From positions 42,018 through 106,017 of the forward strand of contig JBKBOA010000001.1 in assembly GCA_046295035.1 (NCBI GenBank): a stretch of 64,000 nucleotides of DNA, given 5' to 3'. Positions within the stretch are counted from its first letter, which is position 1. Every line of letters starts with the position of its first letter. Origin of the DNA: Phreatobacter sp. GTDB taxonomy: Bacteria; Pseudomonadota; Alphaproteobacteria; Rhizobiales; Phreatobacteraceae. The position numbers and the translations under genes are program-made. Below, in pieces: positions 49,061 to 57,241 of the stretch. Below the pieces are notes generated by a model. That model saw only the letters and a program-made list of their open reading frames with translations. It ran no database searches and was not told the origin of the DNA.

Positions 49061-50761
49061 TCAAGCGCCCGTCACCTTCACGGCGCTGTTGGGTTCGATG
49101 CGGACGGTTTTCACCCGCTCGACATGGCGCGACACCACTTCCCAGATGGGCGGGCCCTGCGTGCCCTCGTTGACGCTCGCCCAGCCGGCAACGACATAGG
49201 ACCGGCCGGCCTCGATCGGACGCCCCGTCTTCAGGAAGGTCAGATCGGAGATGCGCCGGCCCATGGGCGCGGAGATGTCGATGGTGAAGCCCAAGCCGCC
49301 AACCCGCACCATGTCGCCGCCACCCTGGAAATAGGGGTCGGGATGGAAGATGTTGTCGGCCACGTCCTCCAGCACGTCCTTCAGCTGGGCACCGGTCATC
49401 TGCATGCGGTAGCAGGCCGGATAGGTGATCGCGGTGGCATTGGCGATGGCTTCGAAGGTGATCGGGTCGCCCGGCAGCAGCGACCCGCCCCAGCGGAAGC
49501 CCGGCGACAGGGCGATCTCGGCGTCGCGCTCGGCCAGCATGGCCTCGCAGATCAGGTCGTCGAGCGTGCCGTTGAAGTTGCCGCGCCGGTAGAGCAGCGT
49601 TTCCGTCCGGCCGAGCTCGCGCGCCAGCTCCGCGCGAAACGGCGCCCGCACCCGCTCCACCAGGGCCGCCATCTCCGCATCCGGCGCGATGGCGTCCGAA
49701 AAGACCGGCATCAGCTTGAAGCGCAGGCCGGCCACCTTGCGGTCGCGGATGTCGAGGTCGATGCGCGAGAGGAACTTGCCATGCGAGCCGGAGGCGACCA
49801 GGGCCGTATCGCCGACCCGGACGATGCCGGGCATGGCATCGTGGGTGTGTGCGGTCAGGATGACGTCGATGCCCTTCACCCGGCCGGCCAGCTTGGCATC
49901 CACGTCGTAGCCGTTGTGGGAGAGCAGCACGATCACGTCGGCGCCGCCCGCGCGGGCGTCGTCGACCTGCTTCTGCAGTTCGGTCTCGCGGATGCCGAAC
50001 TCCCAGTCCGGGAACATCCAGCGCGGATTGGCAATGCCGGTGCGCGGCAGGGCCTGGCCGATCACGGCGACCCGCGCGCCGCCCTTCTCGAAGGTCTTGA
50101 CCGCCTCGAAGACCGGCTCCTGCCATTCGATGCTGCGCACGTTCTGGGCAAGGAAGGCAAAGGGCGCCTTGTCGACGATCTCCTTCACCCGGTCGGCGCC
50201 GAGCGTGAACTCCCAGTGCGAGGTCATGGCGTCGAGCTTCAGGGCGCTCATGGCGGCCACCATGTCCTCGCCCTTCGTCTGCAGCGCGGACCAGGAGCCC
50301 TGCCAGGTGTCGCCGCCGTCGAGCAGGAGCACGCGCTCATCGCCCCGGTCGGCGCGGATCGCCTTGACCAGCGTCGCGATGCGGTCGAGCCCGCCCATGC
50401 GGCCGTAGTTGCGCGCCAGCGCCGTGAAATCCTCGCTGGTCAGCGCATGGGCCTCGGCGGTGCCGGCCGCGATGCGGAACTGCTCGCGGAAGGCCGCATC
50501 GGTCAGATGGGGCAGCTTGCCGCGCGCCTCGCCGACGCCGAGATTGACCGAGGGCTCGCGGAAATAGAGCGGCACGAGCTGGGCGTGGATATCGGTGACA
50601 TGCAGGATGGTCACGTCGCCCGGCCGGTCGAAACGAAGGATGTCGGCCTGCGTCAGACGCTGCTGGGCCGCCACGCGGCCAAGAGGTCCGAGCCCACCGG
50701 CCGCGACCAGCGCATGCGCAGCCGCCGTCGCCTGCAGGAAGTGCCTGCGCGAGATCATCAT
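49061..50761 (-). CDS. soxB: Thiosulfohydrolase SoxB
   Basis: Tat SRRHFL; TDIHAQ, DGGDTWQG, HWEF, LSHNG, HTHD, RRGNFNG, SPGFRWG. Confidence 0.97.
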   Translation of the reverse strand: MMISRRHFLQATAAAHALVAAGGLGPLGRVAAQQRLTQADILRFDRPGDVTILHVTDIHAQLVPLYFREPSVNLGVGEARGKLPHLTDAAFREQFRIAAGTAEAHALTSEDFTALARNYGRMGGLDRIATLVKAIRADRGDERVLLLDGGDTWQGSWSALQTKGEDMVAAMSALKLDAMTSHWEFTLGADRVKEIVDKAPFAFLAQNVRSIEWQEPVFEAVKTFEKGGARVAVIGQALPRTGIANPRWMFPDWEFGIRETELQKQVDDARAGGADVIVLLSHNGYDVDAKLAGRVKGIDVILTAHTHDAMPGIVRVGDTALVASGSHGKFLSRIDLDIRDRKVAGLRFKLMPVFSDAIAPDAEMAALVERVRAPFRAELARELGRTETLLYRRGNFNGTLDDLICEAMLAERDAEIALSPGFRWGGSLLPGDPITFEAIANATAITYPACYRMQMTGAQLKDVLEDVADNIFHPDPYFQGGGDMVRVGGLGFTIDISAPMGRRISDLTFLKTGRPIEAGRSYVVAGWASVNEGTQGPPIWEVVSRHVERVKTVRIEPNSAVKVTGA

Positions 50762-50786
50762 TGCCTGTCCTGTATCGAAGCGGAGA

Positions 50787-50807
50787 CCGGGCCCTGTTCG
50801 GGCCCGG
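50787..50807. other. Intergenic stem-loop between soxZ and soxB
   Basis: CCGGGCCC-TGTTC-GGGCCCGG. Confidence 0.5.
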
Positions 50808-50818
50808 CGCCCCGTCTG

Positions 50819-51148
50819 TCAGCTCACGGTGACGCGCTGCGTGGCCGTGTACTCCTCGCCATCATCGTCCCGCCAGGTCATCTTCAGCTCGCCATTCTCG
50901 GTCGGCTTGAAGAAGAACGACTGGTAGGGATTGGCCGAGATGGCCGGATGCCAGTCCGCCTCGAAAACGGGCTTGCCGTTGAACGTCGCGGTGAAGCGGT
51001 TGATGATCTTGCGCGGGATCGGCTTGCCGTCGGAGGCGCGGCGCTGGCCGCTCTCCATCTCGTGCGAGATCAGCGTCTTCACTTCGACGATGTCGCCGGC
51101 CTTGATGTTGCCGGGAACACGAACGCGGGGTGTGGGTCGGGTCGCCAT
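50819..51148 (-). CDS. soxZ: Sulfur carrier SoxZ
   Basis: LISHEMESGQRR, ISANPY; no signal peptide (co-exported with SoxY). Confidence 0.96.
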   Translation of the reverse strand: MATRPTPRVRVPGNIKAGDIVEVKTLISHEMESGQRRASDGKPIPRKIINRFTATFNGKPVFEADWHPAISANPYQSFFFKPTENGELKMTWRDDDGEEYTATQRVTVS

Positions 51149-51172
51149 GATGATCTCCTCCCTCGTCCCGGG

Positions 51173-51637
51173 TCAGCCGCCGCAGCCGCCGATGGTCACC
51201 TTGACCTCGGCCTTGGCGGTGAAGAGCTTGCCGTCCGACATCTCGGCGACGCAGACGATGTTCTGGGTCTGGGCAAGACGCATGCGCGTCGAGGCCATGG
51301 CCTTGCCGGCCAGCGGCGTGAAGCGGAAGCTCACCACGCCGGGCAGCGGATTGCCGTCAGCGAAGACATGCACCGCCTTGACATGGTCGGCGTCCGTCAT
51401 CGGGCTGTCGACATCGACTGTGATCGGAACCACCAGACCATTCTCGGCGATCTGCGGCACATCCAGGCGGATGCGCCCTTCCGCCATGGTCTTGTCGCCA
51501 TAGAGCTTCTTGAGCTCGGCCTCGACCGCCTTGGCATCAGCCAGAGCCGTTTGCGGCGCGATGGCGGCGGCAGCAGCGGCCAGAATGGCGAGGCGCAGGG
51601 CCTCGCGTCGCGTCCTGTGCGGGGAATCACCCGGCAT
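51173..51637 (-). CDS. soxY: Sulfur carrier SoxY
   Basis: Tat TRREAL; PQIAENG; C-terminal VKVTIGGCGG; AAGGAG RBS. It is the 3' end of track ORF 51173..53041. Confidence 0.97.
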   Translation of the reverse strand: MPGDSPHRTRREALRLAILAAAAAAIAPQTALADAKAVEAELKKLYGDKTMAEGRIRLDVPQIAENGLVVPITVDVDSPMTDADHVKAVHVFADGNPLPGVVSFRFTPLAGKAMASTRMRLAQTQNIVCVAEMSDGKLFTAKAEVKVTIGGCGG

Positions 51638-51723
51638 GAGGGTCTCCTTCGGGTTTCCTTTGGTGCGTTCCAGAGAACGTCTTGACTGCGCAGCGTCGAA
51701 CCGGCACGCTTCGACATATCGTG

Positions 51724-51743
51724 ATATTGTTTTTTTTGAATGT
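51724..51743. promoter_or_regulatory. Putative SoxR operator in the divergent soxY/soxA promoter
   Basis: ATATTG-T8-GAATGT, one mismatch to ATTC-N8-GAAT; AT-rich island. Confidence 0.6.
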
Positions 51744-51835
51744 AAAGCCCCGGGGTGAACGAAAGATCTTCGGGGTGCGTGCATGGAGGACCGGCCCGCC
51801 AGAGGCCGGAACAACGAGAGACAGGGAGAACACGC

Positions 51836-52669
51836 ATGAGCCGGGCACGATGGATGCTCGCCTTGGTGACTTCGCTCGCGGTGGGAACAGCCGCGACGCT
51901 GGCTTGGGCACAGTCTAGCCAAGACGAGAGCGAACGCGAAATCGAACGGTATCGCGCCATGATCAACGACCCGATGGCCAATCCCGGCTATCTGGCGGTG
52001 GATCGTGGCGAGGTGCTCTGGTCGCAGGCGCGCGGCGCGAAGAACGTGTCGCTGGAAACCTGCGACCTTGGCGAGGGGCCCGGCAAGCTGGAAGGCGCCT
52101 ATGCGAAGCTGCCGCGCTACTTTGCCGATGCCGATCGGGTCATGGATCTGGAGCAGCGCCTGCTCTGGTGCATGGAGAAGATCCAGGGGCTCGACACGGC
52201 GGATGTGATTCGCCGGCGCTTCTCCGGGCCCGGCCGGGCCTCCGACATGGAGGATCTCGTCGCCTTCATCGCCAACAAGTCGAACGGCATGACGATCCAG
52301 CCGCAGACCAGCCACCCGCGCGAGCGCGAGATGCTCGCCATTGGCGAGGCCATGTTCTACCGGCGCGCCGGCGTCATGGACTTCTCCTGCGCCACCTGCC
52401 ATGCCGAGCCGGGCAAGCGCATCCGCCTGCAGGGTCTGCCGGACTTCTCCGTGCCGGGCAAGCAGGCCCAGGAAACCATGGGCTCCTGGCCCACCTATCG
52501 GGTTTCGCAGAGTGCGCTGCGCACCATGCAGCACCGGCTGTGGGACTGCTTCCGCCAGCAGCGCTGGCCCGAACCGGCCTATGCCTCGGACGGGCTGACC
52601 GCCCTCACCATGTTCCTCAACCATCAGGCGGCGGGCGGCGAGATCAACGTCCCCTCCATCAAGCGCTGA
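51836..52669 (+). CDS. soxA: SoxA cytochrome (monoheme, type II)
   Basis: Single CATCH; N-terminal heme site replaced by ETCDLG/LLWCM; WPTYR; [10 protein letters not shown]. Confidence 0.95.
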   Translation: MSRARWMLALVTSLAVGTAATLAWAQSSQDESEREIERYRAMINDPMANPGYLAVDRGEVLWSQARGAKNVSLETCDLGEGPGKLEGAYAKLPRYFADADRVMDLEQRLLWCMEKIQGLDTADVIRRRFSGPGRASDMEDLVAFIANKSNGMTIQPQTSHPREREMLAIGEAMFYRRAGVMDFSCATCHAEPGKRIRLQGLPDFSVPGKQAQETMGSWPTYRVSQSALRTMQHRLWDCFRQQRWPEPAYASDGLTALTMFLNHQAAGGEINVPSIKR

Positions 52670-52679
52670 GGTGGCCGCG

Positions 52680-53297
52680 ATGACGACACTCCGACTGACC
52701 GCAGCCCTCGCGCTGCTCTTCACCGCCACGTCCGCCATCGCCCAGGACCGGCCCGCGGCCGATCCCGCCAAGGTGGACGCCGTCATGCAGGCCATGTTCC
52801 AGCGCGTGTCGCCGGAATGGCAGGCCCGCGCCCGGCTCGACGACACCCAGCGCATCTGCACCGAGCGGCGCAACCAGGTCTCGGCCGCCGAGGCCGACGC
52901 GATCCAGGCCCGCGAGCTGGCGCGCGTCCAGATGCCGCCGGACGGCAATTTCCTCGGCAACTGGCAGCGCGGTTTTGCCGTGGCCAACAACGGGCGCGGC
53001 GGGCAGTTCTCCGATCCGCCCGGAACGGTGGCCGGCGGCAATTGCTATGCCTGCCACCAGATGGATCCGAAGGAGGTCTCCTTCGGCACGCTGGGTCCGA
53101 GCCTGACCGGCTATGGCCGCGACCGGAACTACGATCCGGAGGTCATCCGCCAGACCTACATCAAGATCTACAATTCGCAGGCTGTGGTGGCCTGTTCCAA
53201 CATGCCGCGCTTCGGCACCTCGGGCCTTCTCACCATCGACCAGATCAAGGACGTGATGGCCTATCTGTTCGACCGGAACTCGCCGGTGAACCGGTAA
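52680..53297 (+). CDS. soxX: SoxX cytochrome
   Basis: GGNCYACH, GTLGPSL, SNMPRFG, SPVN; long type II form. Confidence 0.94.
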   Translation: MTTLRLTAALALLFTATSAIAQDRPAADPAKVDAVMQAMFQRVSPEWQARARLDDTQRICTERRNQVSAAEADAIQARELARVQMPPDGNFLGNWQRGFAVANNGRGGQFSDPPGTVAGGNCYACHQMDPKEVSFGTLGPSLTGYGRDRNYDPEVIRQTYIKIYNSQAVVACSNMPRFGTSGLLTIDQIKDVMAYLFDRNSPVNR

Positions 53298-53322
53298 GGG
53301 CAGCCTCGCACGCTTCGGGCGG

Positions 53323-54063
53323 TCAGCCGAGCCGCCCGAAGAGCGGGATCCACTCGACCAGCAGGCCGCCGATGCGCGGCATCTGGCCGGTGGCGATCAG
53401 AAGGCCGGTTGTGACCATGGCCCAGCCGGTCACTGTCTGGATGGTGGCGAGCCGGTGCCTGACGCGCCCCATCCAGGCGAGGAAGGGCCCGGCAAAGGCC
53501 GCCGCCACCACGAAGGGCAGTCCCATGCCGGCCGCATAGGCGGTGAGCAGCGCGGTCCCCTGCCCCAGCGTCTCGGTGCGGGCGGCCATCAGCAGGATGG
53601 CCGCGAGCACGGGCCCGACACAGGGCGCCCAGCCGAAGCCGAAGGCGAGCCCGATGCCGAAGGCGCCGACCAGGCCCGCCGGGCGGCGCTCCATGCCGGC
53701 GCGGGCCTCCCGCATCAGCAGCGGAATGGGGACAAGACCGGTCAGGTGAAGGCCGAGGACAGCAATGGCGAGCCCCGCCGGCACGGCCAGCCAGTCGAAG
53801 GCCCGGGTGAAGGCCTGCCCCAGGGCCGAGGCGGTTGCCCCGAGCAGGACGAAGATCACCGAGAAGCCGAGAACGAAGGCCAGCGAACGCAGCACCAGCC
53901 GGCGCCGCAGACCGGGTTCGGCAGCCTCGCCCCCGGTGATCTGGCCAAGGCTGGAGCCGGTGAGAAAGCCGAGATAGGCCGGCGTCAGCGGCAGGATGCA
54001 GGGCGAGAAGAAGGATGCGAGTCCGCCGATGAAGGCGCCTGCGAAAGAAAGGTCGAGGGCCAT
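53323..54063 (-). CDS. soxV: CcdA-type thiol-disulfide transporter
   Basis: SFFSPCILPL and GWAPCVGPVL; six TM. Confidence 0.88.
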   Translation of the reverse strand: MALDLSFAGAFIGGLASFFSPCILPLTPAYLGFLTGSSLGQITGGEAAEPGLRRRLVLRSLAFVLGFSVIFVLLGATASALGQAFTRAFDWLAVPAGLAIAVLGLHLTGLVPIPLLMREARAGMERRPAGLVGAFGIGLAFGFGWAPCVGPVLAAILLMAARTETLGQGTALLTAYAAGMGLPFVVAAAFAGPFLAWMGRVRHRLATIQTVTGWAMVTTGLLIATGQMPRIGGLLVEWIPLFGRLG

Positions 54064-54098
54064 GCGCTCCCCGCTGGCGGAAACATGCAAAGAGCACT

Positions 54099-54118
54099 AT
54101 ATTCGGGCCATGGAATAT
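54099..54118. promoter_or_regulatory. Putative SoxR operator in the divergent soxV/soxS promoter
   Basis: ATATTC-GGGCCATG-GAATAT, an exact ATTC-N8-GAAT (SqrR-type consensus). Confidence 0.75.
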
Positions 54119-54145
54119 GTCACGCGACGGTTCGGACGCTCCGCA

Positions 54146-54574
54146 GTGACGTGGACGGCCCGCCCCGCCGCCGCGCTGGCCGCGCTTGTCCTTCTGGCCC
54201 TGGCGCAACTGGGCGCGGCCGCAGCGCCCGTCGCCGCGGCCGAGCTCATCCTGTTCGAGCGGACCGGCTGTCCCTGGTGCGCGCGCTGGTTGCGCGAGGT
54301 GGGCCCGGCCTATCCGAATACGGAGGAGGGGCGCCTGGCACCGCTGAAGCGCATCAATCTTGACGAGGGTAGCCCCTCGGACATCGCGCTGTCGCTGCCC
54401 GTCCGGTTTACCCCGACCTTTGTTCTGGTGCATGAGGGACGGGAAGTCGGCCGCATCGTCGGCTATATGGATGCGGCGACGTTCTGGGGTCTCTATTCCC
54501 GGATGATCGAGGATTTCCGCAAATCGACCGGCAAGGCTCGTGAGGGTGACGCCCGGTCAGGAAGGTCTGGCTGA
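54146..54574 (+). CDS. soxS: Periplasmic thioredoxin-like SoxS
   Basis: Signal peptide; GCPWCARW; YPNTEEGRLAPL; FTPTF; EVGRIVGY. Start uncertain (GTG 54146 or ATG 54110). Confidence 0.85.
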   Translation: MTWTARPAAALAALVLLALAQLGAAAAPVAAAELILFERTGCPWCARWLREVGPAYPNTEEGRLAPLKRINLDEGSPSDIALSLPVRFTPTFVLVHEGREVGRIVGYMDAATFWGLYSRMIEDFRKSTGKAREGDARSGRSG

Positions 54575-54948
54575 TGTCGGCGATCGTGTCGAAAACCATC
54601 GAGGACGAACTGCAATCGGGCGAGGAATATTCCGCCGACCTCGAGCAGCTCATGCGTCGCGCCCGCGAGGCGAGCGATTTCCTGAAGGCCCTCAGCCACG
54701 AGAGCCGTCTGCTGCTGCTCTGCCTGATCGCCGAGAAGGAGCGCTCGGTGGGCGAACTGGAAAACATCCTGTCGCTGCGCCAGCCGACCGTGTCGCAGCA
54801 GCTCGCCCGGCTGCGCTTCGATGGCCTGGTGTCCACGCGCCGCGACGGCAAGACCGTCTATTACAGCCTCGCCAATGACAATGTCCGCCGGGTGATCGGC
54901 GTCATCTACGACATCTTCTGCGAAGGCGGCACCAAGACCGCGCCGTAA
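54574..54948 (+). CDS. soxR: ArsR-family persulfide-sensing repressor (SoxR/SqrR/BigR-like)
   Basis: LKALSHESRLLLLC, VSQQLARLR and C-terminal YDIFC, giving the two conserved Cys. Confidence 0.92.
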   Translation: MSAIVSKTIEDELQSGEEYSADLEQLMRRAREASDFLKALSHESRLLLLCLIAEKERSVGELENILSLRQPTVSQQLARLRFDGLVSTRRDGKTVYYSLANDNVRRVIGVIYDIFCEGGTKTAP

Positions 54949-54981
54949 CGACGGGGCCCTCCCGGCCCCAGGGGAGGAGAC

Positions 54982-56088
54982 ATGACCGGATTGCCGGCCT
55001 TTGCCGTCGGCATGATCGGCCTTGTGGTCGGTTGCATCGCGGGGTTTCTCGTCCAGCGCGCCCGTCTCTGCACGTTCGGGGCGGTGGAGGATGCGCTGGC
55101 CGGCGGCAACTGGCGGCGCATGAAGGCCTATGGCCTGGCGCTGGCCATCGCTCTCCTGGGAACCCAGGCCCTGGTCGCCTTCACGGGCCTCGACCCGGCA
55201 CAGACTCCCTATGTGCCCGCGCAGGTCGCCTTACCCGGCGCCTTTGTCGGGGCGATGATGTTCGGCCTCGGCATGGCCCTGGTCGGCACCTGCGCCTTCG
55301 GGTCGCTGGTGCGGCTCGGCACCGGCGACCTGCGCAGCCTCGTCGCGCTGATCGTCTTCGGCGCCTGCGCCTATGCGATCCTGCGCGGCGTGCTGGCCAG
55401 CCTGCGCATCGACTGGGTCGAGAAGGCGGCGCTGCCCATGCCGTTCGGCACGCCGTCGGCCTGGACCGCCATCGCCGAGGCGGCGTTCTCGCCGTGGGCC
55501 TCTGCCCTGCTGGTCATCGCCCTTGCCGCCGGCTTCATCCTGATCGCGGTCAGCGACGAGCGTCTCATGCGCTCGCCACGTCTGCTGGCGGCAGCCATCG
55601 GGCTCGGCCTGTGCGTGGTGGCCGGCTGGGCGGTCACCGGGCCCCTGGCCGATCCGTTCGACATGGGCATCCGGGTGCAGAGCCTGACCTATGTGGCGCC
55701 GCTGGCGCGCGGACTGTTCGGCCTGCTGATCGGCGAGTCCGGGCTCATGGACTTCGGCGTGCTGTGCGTGGCGGGAGTCGTGATCGGCTCGGCCACATCG
55801 GCGCTGCGCGCCCGCGAGTTCCGCTGGGAGGCCTTCGATGACCATCACGAGATGCGCCGGCACATGGCCGGCGCCGCGCTGATGGGATTTGGCGGGGTTC
55901 TGGCCGGCGGCTGCACGATCGGTCAGGGCCTCAGCGCCGGCTCGCTGATGGCGGTCAGCTGGCCCTTCACCGTGGCCGGCATGGTGCTCGGCGCGCGGAT
56001 CGGCATCGCCATCCTGGTGGAGGGCTCGGTCCTCGACTGGCTGCGGGCGCTGACCCGCCGCGAGGAGAGCCGCCCCTCCGCCGAATAG
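54982..56088 (+). CDS. soxT: YeeE/YedE-family sulfur transporter
   Basis: RLCTFGA, GMALVGTCAFG, GGCTIGQG. Confidence 0.88.
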   Translation: MTGLPAFAVGMIGLVVGCIAGFLVQRARLCTFGAVEDALAGGNWRRMKAYGLALAIALLGTQALVAFTGLDPAQTPYVPAQVALPGAFVGAMMFGLGMALVGTCAFGSLVRLGTGDLRSLVALIVFGACAYAILRGVLASLRIDWVEKAALPMPFGTPSAWTAIAEAAFSPWASALLVIALAAGFILIAVSDERLMRSPRLLAAAIGLGLCVVAGWAVTGPLADPFDMGIRVQSLTYVAPLARGLFGLLIGESGLMDFGVLCVAGVVIGSATSALRAREFRWEAFDDHHEMRRHMAGAALMGFGGVLAGGCTIGQGLSAGSLMAVSWPFTVAGMVLGARIGIAILVEGSVLDWLRALTRREESRPSAE

Positions 56089-56089
56089 G

Positions 56090-57025
56090 TCAGGCCGGCA
56101 CGAAGCGGTAGGCCGGACCGCTGCGCTCGGCCCTGCCGAGGCCGCCATTGGGCAGGTGATAGCCGGACAGCAGCAGCCGGTCCGTGGCAAGACGGTCCAG
56201 CAGCTTGCGGCGGCTGGCGGCAGCCTGTTCGCCATCCCGGTCAAATCCGCCCGCCCAGTCCGGCCGCTGGAACGAGACGATCGGATGGGTGATGGCATCG
56301 CCCGTCACCACGAAGGGGTCACCGCCGCCCCGGACCTCGAAGGAGACATGGCCGGGCGTGTGGCCGGCCGTGTCGATGGCCGCGATGCCGGTGACCGGCT
56401 CCTCGCCCGGCCGGAACCGTTTCAGCCTGGGCTCGATCAGCTTGAGGATCCGCTGGGCGCCAGCCGCGAAGGCGTGCTGGGTCTCCGGCAGCTTGCCGAA
56501 CAGGCCCGGATCCATCCAGTAGTCCCATTCCCCCTGCGAGAGGTGATAGGTCGCGTTGGCATAGGCCGGAGCGTCGAAATCGTCGATCGCGCCCCACAGA
56601 TGGTCGGGGTGGGCGTGGGTCAGGAGCACATGGCTGACGCTGGCCGGGTCCATGCCGGCGGCCCCCATGGCGGCCGGCAGCTTGCCGGCGGTCGCCATGA
56701 AGTTCGGCCCGCCGCCGCAATCGAACAGGATGACCTCGCTGCCCCGCCTGAGGACCGGCACGTTCAGGCTGGACTGGATGGTCGGGCCGGAATGGCCGGC
56801 CTGCGCGAGCAGCGCCGTCAGCGCGTCCTCCGGCACGCCGCGCGCCGCCGCCGATACCGGCAGCGTCAGCCCACCATCGGAGAGAATGCCGAGTTCGCCA
56901 CCGCCGGCTGCGGCTCGCGCGATGAACTGGGCGCGGGCGGAGCCGCCTGCCCAGGTCGCGATGGCGGCAGCAAGACCGCCGGCGAGAGCGGTGCGCCGGG
57001 TCGGGCAGGTGATGGGGCCATTCAT
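56090..57025 (-). CDS. Tat-exported metallo-beta-lactamase-fold hydrolase (SoxG/SoxH-like)
   Basis: TRRTAL; THAHPDH; GHTPGH; TGD; GYH. Confidence 0.88.
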   Translation of the reverse strand: MNGPITCPTRRTALAGGLAAAIATWAGGSARAQFIARAAAGGGELGILSDGGLTLPVSAAARGVPEDALTALLAQAGHSGPTIQSSLNVPVLRRGSEVILFDCGGGPNFMATAGKLPAAMGAAGMDPASVSHVLLTHAHPDHLWGAIDDFDAPAYANATYHLSQGEWDYWMDPGLFGKLPETQHAFAAGAQRILKLIEPRLKRFRPGEEPVTGIAAIDTAGHTPGHVSFEVRGGGDPFVVTGDAITHPIVSFQRPDWAGGFDRDGEQAAASRRKLLDRLATDRLLLSGYHLPNGGLGRAERSGPAYRFVPA

Positions 57026-57241
57026 GGTCGTCTCCTCGTCGACTGCTTCTTGCGGCTGCGGTCGTTGTCAGACCGGCCGATGCGGGATGTTACCCCAGCC
57101 GGCGCATGGGTGCCGGAACGGCTGGCGGCGGCCGCATCACGATCCGGTCATCAGCCGTAAACCACGGCACTTAACGCGATGTTCTGTGCCGGCACCCTAC
57201 CGTGGAAACCCTGATTCATCGCAGAAGCGGTCCCGGAGCTC

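Noticed and set aside
47733-50126. Apparent 797-aa SoxC overlapping soxB
   Set aside because: Off-frame read-through within soxB; the Tat signal marks the start at 49034.
48896-51685. 929-aa plus-strand ORF, and similar ones at 7554..9383, 40179..42092 and 2471..4105
   Set aside because: Antisense shadows of well-supported genes.
51173-53041. Apparent 622-aa SoxY fusion
   Set aside because: The upstream part is antisense to soxAX; SoxY starts at 51637 with a Tat signal and RBS.
57157-57175. CtrA box upstream of the GGDEF-EAL gene
   Set aside because: Only a TTAAC half-site; spacing to the second half is 9 nt rather than 7.
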